Source: Pirellulales bacterium (GTDB lineage Bacteria; Planctomycetota; Planctomycetia; Pirellulales; UBA1268). Taken from it: a stretch of 64,000 nucleotides of DNA. Shown here piece by piece: positions 55,446 to 63,494 of this stretch. Under the pieces are notes generated by a model, which was not told where the DNA came from, searched no databases, and was given only the letters and a program-made list of their open reading frames with translations. The stretch is from positions 2,205 through 66,204 of the forward strand of contig JBAVTF010000085.1 in the NCBI GenBank assembly GCA_049695995.1. Reading direction: 5' to 3'. Position 1 is the first letter of the stretch. Each line of letters starts with the position of its first letter. The position numbers and the translations under genes are program-made.

Positions 55446-57323
55446 GTGCGGACGGCGTGGCAGTGGAGGTGGCGTGTGCGGCAGACGGGTGAACCAGCGA
55501 CGAGTCAGTCGTCCTATGCCTCGTGGGCGGGCGCGGTGGAGGAGCTCTGCGAGCTCTTCGAGTCGCTGGGGCCGCTCGCCGCCGCGCTCGGCACGCCTGA
55601 CCCGACGCCCACGGACTGGCATGGCGCCCTCTTCGGCAAGCTGCGGGGAGAGGTGTCGCGCGGACCGTTCGTGGTGGCGGCGGTCTGTGGTGGCACCAAC
55701 ACCGGCAAGAGCCTGATCGCCAACACGCTCGCTGGGGCCGAGATCAGTGCGTCCGTGCCTGAGGCGGCGCGGACTCGCCATCCGGTCGCGAGTCTCCCGC
55801 GCGGTTCGGCCGGCAGCATCGACCTCGCCGTGGTCTTTCCCGGCTTCGAGCCGCGGCCGTGGACGAGCGACGACGACGCCCTCGCACCGGTCGACGACGA
55901 TCGCCTGGTGTGGCGGGAGGATCCGAGTGGCCGCCAGCCGGCGCGGCTCGTGCTCCTCGACACGCCCGACATCGACGGCACACTCCGCGAGAATTGGCGG
56001 CGGGCCGAACTGGTCCGCAACGCCGCCGACGTGATCGTGGCGGTGCTCACTCAGCAGAAATACAACGATGCGGCGGTCCGCGATTTTTTCACGTCGGCGG
56101 CTGCTGCCGGCAAGACGGTGCTCGTGGTGTTCAACATGGTCGACTGGCCGCGGCAACGGGAGCGGATCGCCGGGTGGCTGGCCACGTTCACGGCGGAGAC
56201 CGGCGTGACGCCCCTCGCCGTGTATGCCGCTCCGCACGACTTCGCCGCTGCCGAGGCGGGGCGGATCACGTTTCACCCGCTGCCCGAACTGACGCCCGAC
56301 GGCGGCACGGCCGGCCCCGGTGAGCGACTTGCCGACTGCGACTTCGATCGCATCAAGCAGCAGGCGATGGCAGGCGCCCTGCGCGTGGTGGCTGATCCGC
56401 GCAGCGGGGCTGCCTCGTGGCTCGACGCCTTCGATGCCGCGGCGGGCCGATGGCGCGATGCGAGGGAGCTGCTCGCGCGGGAGAGCCGCGTGCGGGTCGA
56501 GCTGCCGACGGCGCCTCGCGAGCTCGTGTGGAACGAGATCTGGGACTGGCTCGAACCGCGGCGGTCGGGCTTCGACCTCACCGTGAGCCGCGTCTATCGA
56601 GTGGCGGGGCAGGGCGTGATGTGGGCTGCCCGGCGGGTCGGGCTGGCGCGGACGACCGAGCAGAAGCGGGAGGATTTCTCAGCGGTCGAGCTCGCGGCGC
56701 TCAAGCAGGCCCTCACCGAATTCATCGAACGGCTCGACGATGCCTGTCGCCGCGATTCGCTGCTCGGCGAGATGCTGGGGGCTCGGCTCGCCACCGCCGA
56801 CCGCGTTATCTGGTATGCCGATCTCGAGCGGCGACATGCCGCGCTGCCGCTGGTGTCGGAGGATTATCGTGGCTTCGTGCGGGCGGAACTCGACCGTTTC
56901 GCCCGGGAGAATCCGCAGCTCGTCGGCTGGATCGTGACGGCGCTCAATGCCGGCGCGGTGGCCCGCCCGGCCATCACCGTGGGGCTCGGCCTCGCCGGCG
57001 CGGCCGTTGTGCCTGCCGCGGCCGCCACGGCTGGCGGGCTCACCACGCTCGTGCACCATGTCGGCGACGTGGTGGTAGGCACGGCGGCGACGCTCGCCGG
57101 CGAAGGCGCGCTCGGACTCACGGCGGTGGGACTCAAGCCGCTTCTGGAGCGGCTCTTCGCCGGCTGGTCGGCGGAGCGCGGGCGGGTCCTCGCTGAAACG
57201 CTCCATGACGTCGTGCTCGGTGATCGGCTCGACGAGATCGATCGGCTCGCGAACGCTGCGGCGCGGCCGGAAGTGGCGCGGGCCCGCGACCTGCTCGCCC
57301 AATGCAGTCGGGAGTGTGCCTGA
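55446..57323 (+). CDS. Membrane-associated P-loop GTPase, dynamin-like (paralog 1)
   Basis: G1 is GGTNTGKS (55689-55712). The G3-like motif is LLDTPDIDG and the G4-like motif is LTQQKY. A long helical middle region is followed by a Gly/Ala-rich hydrophobic segment (PAITVGLGLAGAAVVPAAAATAGGLTTLV...). The GTG start is uncertain. Confidence 0.7.
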   Translation: MRTAWQWRWRVRQTGEPATSQSSYASWAGAVEELCELFESLGPLAAALGTPDPTPTDWHGALFGKLRGEVSRGPFVVAAVCGGTNTGKSLIANTLAGAEISASVPEAARTRHPVASLPRGSAGSIDLAVVFPGFEPRPWTSDDDALAPVDDDRLVWREDPSGRQPARLVLLDTPDIDGTLRENWRRAELVRNAADVIVAVLTQQKYNDAAVRDFFTSAAAAGKTVLVVFNMVDWPRQRERIAGWLATFTAETGVTPLAVYAAPHDFAAAEAGRITFHPLPELTPDGGTAGPGERLADCDFDRIKQQAMAGALRVVADPRSGAASWLDAFDAAAGRWRDARELLARESRVRVELPTAPRELVWNEIWDWLEPRRSGFDLTVSRVYRVAGQGVMWAARRVGLARTTEQKREDFSAVELAALKQALTEFIERLDDACRRDSLLGEMLGARLATADRVIWYADLERRHAALPLVSEDYRGFVRAELDRFARENPQLVGWIVTALNAGAVARPAITVGLGLAGAAVVPAAAATAGGLTTLVHHVGDVVVGTAATLAGEGALGLTAVGLKPLLERLFAGWSAERGRVLAETLHDVVLGDRLDEIDRLANAAARPEVARARDLLAQCSRECA

Positions 57324-57324
57324 G

Positions 57325-59193
57325 ATGACGGATCACGAATCCATGACTGCAGCAGCCGCGGGTGTCGCGAGTGAGCCCGACTTCGGCGGCTTCGACCACA
57401 TGGTCGAGTCGCTCGCCCGCTGGAGCGGGTCGCTGCCGCAGTGGCCGCCGGCCGGCCGCGTGCAGGCCGAGTGGCAGGCGATTGAGCCGCGGCTTGACCG
57501 GGCCCGACGCGAGCTGTCGCGGGTGCTCGTGGTGGGCGTGGTGGGCGGCACGGGCACGGGCAAGAGCACGCTCGTGAACGCGCTGGCAGGGCAGGTGGTG
57601 ACCGACGCGGGCGACGTGGCGAGGCCGACCACGACGAGCCCGATCGTCGTGGCGGCACCGGATGTCGATCTCTCCTGGCTGCCGGTGGAGGCGATGGGGG
57701 CGCGGGTCGTCCGCAGCGATGCGCCGGCCGTCGCCAACATCGTGCTGGTCGACTGCCCAGATCCCGACACGCAGGCCGAGCCTGATGCCGCCGCTGTATC
57801 GGTTGCCGCGCCGGCTCGGCCGAGCGACACCAATCGCAACCGCGATCTCCTGGAGGCCGTGCTGCCCGCCTGCGACGTGCTCCTGCTCGTCGCCACCGCC
57901 CAGAAATACCGGTCGTGGATCGTGGCCCGCGAGGTGGCCGCGTTCGCGCCGGGACGGCCGCTGTTCTTTGTGCAGACGCATGCGGCGCGGGATCCCGACA
58001 TCCGGGGCGATTGGCAGCGGGAGCTCGAGTCGCAGGGCTTCAGTGTGCCGCGGATCTTTCGGCTCGACGGCGTCGAGGCGGCGCGGCGCGCCGCAGCCGG
58101 CCTCGAGCCTGAGCCCGGCTTTCGCGACCTCGTGGCGGCGATCGACGAGGAGCTGGTCGGCCGTGCCGCCCGCCGCGTGCGCCGCACCGGCGCCGTCGAT
58201 CTCACGGCCTGGTTCACGCAGCAGTGCCGTGGGCAACTCGGGCCCCTGCGCGGCCCAGTGGAACAGCTGGCCGCGGGCGTGCGAACCGAGCGGTCGCGGC
58301 TCGAGGGGCTGCTCGCCACGTCGATCTCCGCGCAGCTGCGCGGCCAGCGTCACGGCTGGCAGCGGCTCGTCACCGACGAGATCGTGCACCGCTGGCACGG
58401 CGGTCCCTTCGCCACGTTTCTGCACGCGGTCTCGGCGGTCGCCGCGCTCTGGCAGCGGGTGCGGCCGGCGCCCGGCGTGATTGGGCGGCTCGTCACGGGT
58501 GGCTCCGCCGCGGTGACGACACACGACACCGCCGGCTGGCAGTCGGTGGCGGAGCTGGGCCTCTCCGAAGCCGAGGTTGAGCAGTCGCGGACGGTGCTCG
58601 CGGGGCTGGCGGCGCGGGCGCGGATCGGTGAGCCGCTCGTGAGCCGCCCGCGACTGGAGACCACGCGAGTGCAGTCGCTCGCTGCAGCCGTGCTCGACCG
58701 CACAGGGCAGTGGCTCGGCGGCTCCATCGGCCGCCTGGTCGCCGACCGGCGGGGCCGGGTGGCAGGCCCGCTCGTGCACTGGGCGTTCGAGCTGCTCTTC
58801 ACGGGCCTGTTCGTGGCCGTGCTCGCGCGTGCCGGCTGGAGCTTCTTCTACGGCCACCTCTGGATGGGGCGGCCTGTGAGTGGCACCGGCTTTCTCCAGG
58901 AAGCGCTCGTGTGGCTCATGCTCTGGGGACTATGCCTCCGCTGGGCCGTCTTCGGGCTGGTGCGACGCGGGCTCGACCGCGACATCGCGACGGTCGTGGA
59001 TGGTGTGCCGGCGGCGCGGCTCGTCGATCCACTGCTGGCTGACTTCGCCGAGGCGGCCGCGCAGGTGACTGAGTTTCTCGATGGTGGCGATCGGCTGGCG
59101 GCTGAGGCGGAGCAGATGGCGGCGGCTCTCGGCGAGCCGGTTGGCGGCCTCGGCCGGCTACGGGCGATCTCCGACCGCCGCCCCTCTTGCTGA
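57325..59193 (+). CDS. Membrane-anchored P-loop GTPase, dynamin-like (paralog 2)
   Basis: The ATG lies 1 nt after the upstream stop. G1 is GGTGTGKS (57544-57567). The G3-like motif is LVDCPDPDT and the G4-like motif is ATAQKY. A helical stalk-like region is followed by a two-helix hydrophobic hairpin (LVHWAFELLFTGLFVAVLARAGW...ALVWLMLWGLCLRWAVFGLV). Confidence 0.75.
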   Translation: MTDHESMTAAAAGVASEPDFGGFDHMVESLARWSGSLPQWPPAGRVQAEWQAIEPRLDRARRELSRVLVVGVVGGTGTGKSTLVNALAGQVVTDAGDVARPTTTSPIVVAAPDVDLSWLPVEAMGARVVRSDAPAVANIVLVDCPDPDTQAEPDAAAVSVAAPARPSDTNRNRDLLEAVLPACDVLLLVATAQKYRSWIVAREVAAFAPGRPLFFVQTHAARDPDIRGDWQRELESQGFSVPRIFRLDGVEAARRAAAGLEPEPGFRDLVAAIDEELVGRAARRVRRTGAVDLTAWFTQQCRGQLGPLRGPVEQLAAGVRTERSRLEGLLATSISAQLRGQRHGWQRLVTDEIVHRWHGGPFATFLHAVSAVAALWQRVRPAPGVIGRLVTGGSAAVTTHDTAGWQSVAELGLSEAEVEQSRTVLAGLAARARIGEPLVSRPRLETTRVQSLAAAVLDRTGQWLGGSIGRLVADRRGRVAGPLVHWAFELLFTGLFVAVLARAGWSFFYGHLWMGRPVSGTGFLQEALVWLMLWGLCLRWAVFGLVRRGLDRDIATVVDGVPAARLVDPLLADFAEAAAQVTEFLDGGDRLAAEAEQMAAALGEPVGGLGRLRAISDRRPSC

Positions 59194-59206
59194 CAATACG
59201 CCGTGA

Positions 59207-59339
59207 GGGGCTGCCCGTGCCCCGGGAGCCGGTGTATGCCGCCGAGCGCAGCCAGGATGGCGGAGCGAAGGCGGCATCCGAGCGAGCGAAGAACAAGATG
59301 TTTGTAGCGAGCGTCCGGCGACGGGGCATGGGCAGCCCC
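59207..59339 (-). repeat. 133-nt TIR element, family E (copy 2, inverted relative to copy 1)
   Basis: The ends are GGGGCTGCCCGTGCCCCG...CGGGGCATGGGCAGCCCC. It begins 14 nt after the GTPase-2 stop. Homology to 51718-51851 was read block by block. Confidence 0.8.
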
Positions 59340-59439
59340 GAACTTTCACCAACTGGGTGAACCACCAGTCGGGGGCACAGGCTCGTGGTGGTATCATCCG
59401 TGCTTGTGCGGTCATCGTGCCGCCGGGCGGTCTCGCAGG

Positions 59440-60966
59440 ATGCTCGTTCACCGCATGATCAACATGTCGCCTCGAGCAGTTGCCCCGTGGGGCGTGTGTG
59501 CGCTGGCGCTGGTCGCGGGAGTTGCGACTGCCGGGGCCGCCGAGCTCGATGAGGTGCGGCGGCAGGGCGAGCTCGTGTGGGCTGCCGATCAGGAAGGGGG
59601 CGGGCCGCATGTGTTTCCCGCCGCCGACGATCCGACGAGGCTCACCGGCTTCGAGGTCGACTTCGCCGAGCTGCTCGCGGCCGAGCTGGGTGTGAAGGCC
59701 CGGTTTCAGCAGGGGCAGTGGGATCGGCTGCCACTGCTTCTGGGGCGTTCGGCCGACTGCGTGATCAACGGGATCGAGCTCACGCCGGAGCGGCAGCGTG
59801 ACTACCGCTGCTCGCGGCCTTACTTCTCCTATGCGCTCCAGCTCCTCGGCCGCCGCGAGGGGCCGCTCGACGCATTCGAGCGGCTCTCCGGTCCTGGGCC
59901 GCACGGGCCTTGGAAGGTGGGCGTGCTCACCGGATCGGCGGCCGAGACGGTGATGCGTGGCCGCACCGACCTCGACATCGATGTGGTGGGCTACGACGGC
60001 ACGCTCGATTCCCTGGAGCAGGTGCGAACGCGGGTGCTCGACGCGGCGGTGATGGACGACTGCATCTTCGCCTTCTACGCCGACCGGTTCGCCGACTTGC
60101 GCACCGTGGGGCGGCCGTTTGCCGGCGGCCTCTATACGGTGCTCACTGCCCGCGACACGCCCGAGCTCGCGGCCGCGATCGACACGGCGATCGGGCGGCT
60201 GATCGCCGACGGTCGGCTCAAGGCGCTCTATGACCGTTGGGATCTCGCCGGTCGGCAGCAGATGCTGCTCTTGCGCGATGCTGCCGAGATTCCTCCGGCA
60301 CCGTCCCGCAGCACCTGGGACCTCGTCTGCGAGACGCTGCCGCTGCTCGTGCGGTCGGCCGGCATGACGGTGCTGCTGTCGTGCGTCTCATTTCCGCTCG
60401 CGATCCTGATCGGCCTGGCCGTGGCCGTCGGGCGGCTCTACGGTCCGCCGTTCCTGCGGCCGCTGCTCACTGGGTATGTCGAGGTGCTCCGCGGCACGCC
60501 GCTCATGCTTCAGCTCTATGCGATCTTCTTCCTGCTGCCGAAGGTGGGGCTGGCCCTGCCGGCGGTGGTGGCGGCCGTCGCCGGCCTTGCGCTCAACTAC
60601 TCGGCCTACGAATCGGAGATCTACCGGGCCGGACTCAAGGCCGTGCCCATCGGGCAGTTCGAGGCCGCGCTGGCACTTGGGCTCACGAAGTGGCAGGCCC
60701 TGCGGCACGTGCTCGTGCCCCAGGCGGTGCGGATCGTGATGCCGCCGGTGACGAGCGACTTCATCGCGCTCTTCAAGGACACGAGCGTCTGCTCGGCGAT
60801 CACGGTCATCGAGCTGACGAAGCGGTACAGCGTGCTCGCGCTGTCGACAGGGCGAATCGTCGAACTCGCCGTCGTCACGGCGCTGCTCTATCTGGCGATG
60901 AGCTGGCCCCTCGCGCTGCTCTCGCGCTGGTTCGAGCGGCGGCTCGAGTCGGGAGGGCAGCGATGA
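59440..60966 (+). CDS. Amino-acid ABC transporter, fused periplasmic binding domain plus permease
   Basis: A signal peptide and family-3 SBP blocks (GFEVDFAELLAAELG, QWDRL) are followed by a polar-amino-acid permease with the EAA loop YESEIYRAGLKAVPIGQFEAALALGLT. Start is ATG 59440, 59455 or 59464. Confidence 0.8.
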   Translation: MLVHRMINMSPRAVAPWGVCALALVAGVATAGAAELDEVRRQGELVWAADQEGGGPHVFPAADDPTRLTGFEVDFAELLAAELGVKARFQQGQWDRLPLLLGRSADCVINGIELTPERQRDYRCSRPYFSYALQLLGRREGPLDAFERLSGPGPHGPWKVGVLTGSAAETVMRGRTDLDIDVVGYDGTLDSLEQVRTRVLDAAVMDDCIFAFYADRFADLRTVGRPFAGGLYTVLTARDTPELAAAIDTAIGRLIADGRLKALYDRWDLAGRQQMLLLRDAAEIPPAPSRSTWDLVCETLPLLVRSAGMTVLLSCVSFPLAILIGLAVAVGRLYGPPFLRPLLTGYVEVLRGTPLMLQLYAIFFLLPKVGLALPAVVAAVAGLALNYSAYESEIYRAGLKAVPIGQFEAALALGLTKWQALRHVLVPQAVRIVMPPVTSDFIALFKDTSVCSAITVIELTKRYSVLALSTGRIVELAVVTALLYLAMSWPLALLSRWFERRLESGGQR

Positions 60967-61652
60967 TCGCAATCGACTCCCTCTCGAAATCCCGCGGCAG
61001 TCTGCGGGTGCTCCGCGAGGTGAGCCTGGCGGGGGCCGAGGGGGGCGTGACGGCGCTGGTGGGGGCATCGGGCAGCGGCAAGACGACGCTCCTGCGGTGC
61101 CTCAACGGCCTGGAGACGTTCGACGCCGGTGGCCTCACGGTGGCCGGCCATCGCCTGGAGCCGGGGCCGCATTCACCCGCGACGCTCGAGCGGCTGCGTC
61201 GGGACGTCGGCATGGTGTTCCAGCAGTTCAACCTCTTTCCCCACCTCTCTGTGATCGACAACGTGACGCTCGCTCCGAGGACGGTGCTGCGGATGGCGGC
61301 CGAGGAGACGCGGATGGCGGGGCTTGCCTTGCTCGATCGCGTGGGCCTCGCATCGTTCGCCGCGGCCCGGCCGGCGATGCTCTCGGGGGGCCAGCAGCAG
61401 CGCGTGGCCATCGCCCGGGCGCTGGCGATGCGGCCACGGGTGATGTTGTTCGACGAACCGACGAGCGCCCTCGATCCGACGATGACGGCGGAGGTGCTCG
61501 ACGTGATCGTCGACCTGGCCCGGGGTGGTCAGACGATGGTGGTCGTGACGCACGACCACGCGTTCGCGAAGCGGGCAGCCACGTGGGTCGTCGAGCTTGC
61601 CGCCGGTCGCGTCGCCCGCCAAGGAACGGCGGAAAAAATCTTGGGCGGTTGA
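60963..61652 (+). CDS. Amino-acid ABC transporter ATPase (GlnQ-like)
   Basis: The start forms an ATGA overlap with the permease stop. Walker A is GASGSGKTT, the signature is LSGGQQQRVAIARAL and Walker B is MLFDEPTSALDP. Confidence 0.9.
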   Translation: MIAIDSLSKSRGSLRVLREVSLAGAEGGVTALVGASGSGKTTLLRCLNGLETFDAGGLTVAGHRLEPGPHSPATLERLRRDVGMVFQQFNLFPHLSVIDNVTLAPRTVLRMAAEETRMAGLALLDRVGLASFAAARPAMLSGGQQQRVAIARALAMRPRVMLFDEPTSALDPTMTAEVLDVIVDLARGGQTMVVVTHDHAFAKRAATWVVELAAGRVARQGTAEKILGG

Positions 61653-61700
61653 TGCGTCGTGGGCGGTTGGAGGGTCGGCCCTGCTGCCGCTTCCGCGGCA

Positions 61701-61772
61701 GGATCCCCCGGCTCGCGCCTGGGGGCTTGTATGAGACACTCACACAAGCCCTGAGCGCCAGCGAGGGGATCC
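61701..61772. repeat. Repeat family D, complete imperfect palindrome
   Basis: The sequence is GGATCCCCCGGCTCGCGCCTGGGGGCTTGT-atgagacactcac-ACAAGCCCTGAGCGCCAGCGAGGGGATCC. The arms are about three-quarters complementary. Confidence 0.75.
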
Positions 61773-61795
61773 CTCGCGAACGGCACTGAAGGCGC

Positions 61796-61834
61796 AAAAA
61801 ATAACTCCGCCCGGGAGTTTCCTCCCGGGCGGAG
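61796..61834 (-). terminator. Strong intrinsic terminator for the Cys-rich gene (hairpin may also stop the convergent ABC operon)
   Basis: A perfect 13-bp stem CTCCGCCCGGGAG/CTCCCGGGCGGAG with a 4-nt loop is followed on the minus strand by TTATTTTTT. Confidence 0.8.
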
Positions 61835-61886
61835 CTCACTGGCCGAAGTCGGGCAACAGATCTCCGTTCGACCTATCGTCCGAGAC

Positions 61887-62669
61887 TTACTTGACCGAAA
61901 CCGTCCGGCTCACCGCCACGACCGCCTTGCTGTCGACCTTCTTCGAGGCCGAGGCATCGGGCGTCGGGGCAGCCGGCTCGACCGTCGCACCGCAGGCCGG
62001 CTCGCAGCCACACGCGGGCTCCGCACCGCAGCCGGGCTCGCAGCCAGCGCTGCAGTCGGGCTCGCAGCAGCTGGTGCAGCTCTTGCGGCACTTCTTCGCG
62101 TTGTGGATAGCGCGGAGAAGGTCACGGATCGGGGTCGCACACTTCTTCACACCGCAGCAGCCAGCGGCAGCACCGCAGCTCGGCTCGCAGCAGCCAGCAC
62201 CGGCGTCGCAGGCCGGCTCCGCACAGCCGTTGCCGGCGTCGCAGGCGGGCTCAGCGCAACCGTTGCCAGCACCGCAGGCCGGCTCGCAGCAGCTATCGCC
62301 GCAGCAGCCATGGTGCTTCCGCTTGCACTTCTCGAACAGGCCCTTCAGCCCGCCGAAAAGGTCATGCTTCTTCCGCAGACCGCAGCAGCTCGCGCCACCG
62401 CAGCATCCAGCACCGGCGTCGCAGGCCGGCTCGCAGCAGCCGTTGCCGGCGTCGCAAGCGGGTTCTGCACAGCCGTTACCAGCACAGGCATTGCCAGCAC
62501 CGGCATCGCAGCCGGGCTCGCAGCAGCCAGCACCGGCATCGCAGCCGGGCTCACAGCACGAGGTGCAGCCCTTATGGCCGAGCATCTTGTTCAGGAGCTC
62601 GAAACCGAAGGACTGGCTACAAACGGTGACGCCCAGAACCAGCGCACCGAGAAACATCATACGCTTCAT
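61887..62669 (-). CDS. Secreted cysteine-rich repeat protein (CCEP(A/G)CDAG(A/N)G units)
   Basis: AAGGAG lies upstream of the ATG at 62669. The signal peptide is MKRMMFLGALVLGVTVCSQSFG. About a quarter of the mature residues are Cys, in repeats such as CCEPGCDAGAGCCEPGCDAGAGNACAGNGCAEPACDAGNGCCEPACDAGAGCC. Basic spacers (RKKHDLFGGLKGLFEKCKRKHHGCC) separate the repeat blocks. Confidence 0.7.
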   Translation of the reverse strand: MKRMMFLGALVLGVTVCSQSFGFELLNKMLGHKGCTSCCEPGCDAGAGCCEPGCDAGAGNACAGNGCAEPACDAGNGCCEPACDAGAGCCGGASCCGLRKKHDLFGGLKGLFEKCKRKHHGCCGDSCCEPACGAGNGCAEPACDAGNGCAEPACDAGAGCCEPSCGAAAGCCGVKKCATPIRDLLRAIHNAKKCRKSCTSCCEPDCSAGCEPGCGAEPACGCEPACGATVEPAAPTPDASASKKVDSKAVVAVSRTVSVK

Positions 62670-63102
62670 CGAGCCACATCTCCTTTGCTTGCGGATCACG
62701 CGAGAATCGTCTGGTCCCGTTCTTGAGGTGCCGTCACCCCGAGGTTGTGATCCACGAACTTTTCCGCGACAGGCCTGTCGAGCCATTCCGTGACTCGAGG
62801 AATCGCAGGTTGCTGTCGCCCCCTGGTTGCCCGACGGGCACAGTGATGCCCCGGGGGACAGAGTGGGCTATCGGCGACTCCGTCAAAGCGGCTTGAGGCT
62901 CGTCGAAGGTTTTTTTTCACGGTGTTTCAGCGGTGCGCGTTGCGTGAAGACTGCCGTGCTGCGCGCGTGCGCAAGGGCTGCGGGCGACCGTCATACGACC
63001 GTCACACCTTCGCGCGAAACGCCCGTTCAACCCGCACAGCTTCACACGCGGACCAGCCGCGGTGGTAAACCCTGCGGCCTGTCGTGGAGGTTGCGGGGAA
63101 TG

Positions 63103-63130
63103 TTGACATCCCCATCGCAACCGTTAAACT
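63103..63130 (+). promoter_or_regulatory. Sigma-70-like promoter for the riboswitch transcript
   Basis: TTGACA (63103-63108), a 16-nt spacer and TAAACT (63125-63130) place the predicted TSS just before the riboswitch 5' end. Confidence 0.35.
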
Positions 63131-63139
63131 CTGCCGACG

Positions 63140-63330
63140 ACTCTGGTGGCCGGGAGGAAGCATCTGCTTTCGTCAGGCAAACAGGGAACTCCGGTGTGAA
63201 TCCGGGACGGCCCCGCCGCTGTGACCAGGCGCCGAGGTCGGCTGTGTCGAGCCATTGCGGTGCCTGTGTGGCCCGCGAGAAGGCATGCAGCCGGCTGAGC
63301 CTGGGAGTCAGAAGACCTACCAGGTGTCAG
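63140..63330 (+). promoter_or_regulatory. Cobalamin (B12) riboswitch
   Basis: The conserved core is readable: AACAGGGAACUCCGGUGUGAAUCCGGGACGGCCCCGCCGCUGUGACC (63180-63226), GCCAUUG...GAGAAGGC (63251-63284) and the B12 box GGGAGUCAGAAGACCUACC (63303-63321). This parallels the E. coli btuB leader blocks AGGGAAUCCAGUGCGAAUCUGG...CGCAGCGGUAAGG, GCCAUUCGGUGGGAAG and AGCCCGAAGACCUGCC. Confidence 0.85.
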
Positions 63331-63494
63331 GAGTCTGCCGGACCGCGAGGGCGGAATGGTGGGCACGGTCGAGTGATCGACCGGTCGCAAGGCACTCAGG
63401 ATCCGCTCCTGCAAGCTCCCGCTTCGCCGACGGTCGCGCCTGCGCCTGCATGCGCGTGCCCGGGCTGGGCGTGCGCGTGCAGGTCGGCAGTGGC

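Noticed and set aside
54759-58857. Long minus-strand ORFs (54759-56276 and 57133-58857, plus nested ones).
   Set aside because: They are antisense to the MBL hydrolase and the two GTPases. No motifs are present, whereas the sense frames carry P-loops and hydrophobic helices.
61950-62560. Tandem ~33-nt DNA periodicity that repeat finders might call a satellite or CRISPR array.
   Set aside because: The periodicity is in-frame coding repeat structure of the Cys-rich protein (CCEPxCDAGxG). There are no unique spacers.
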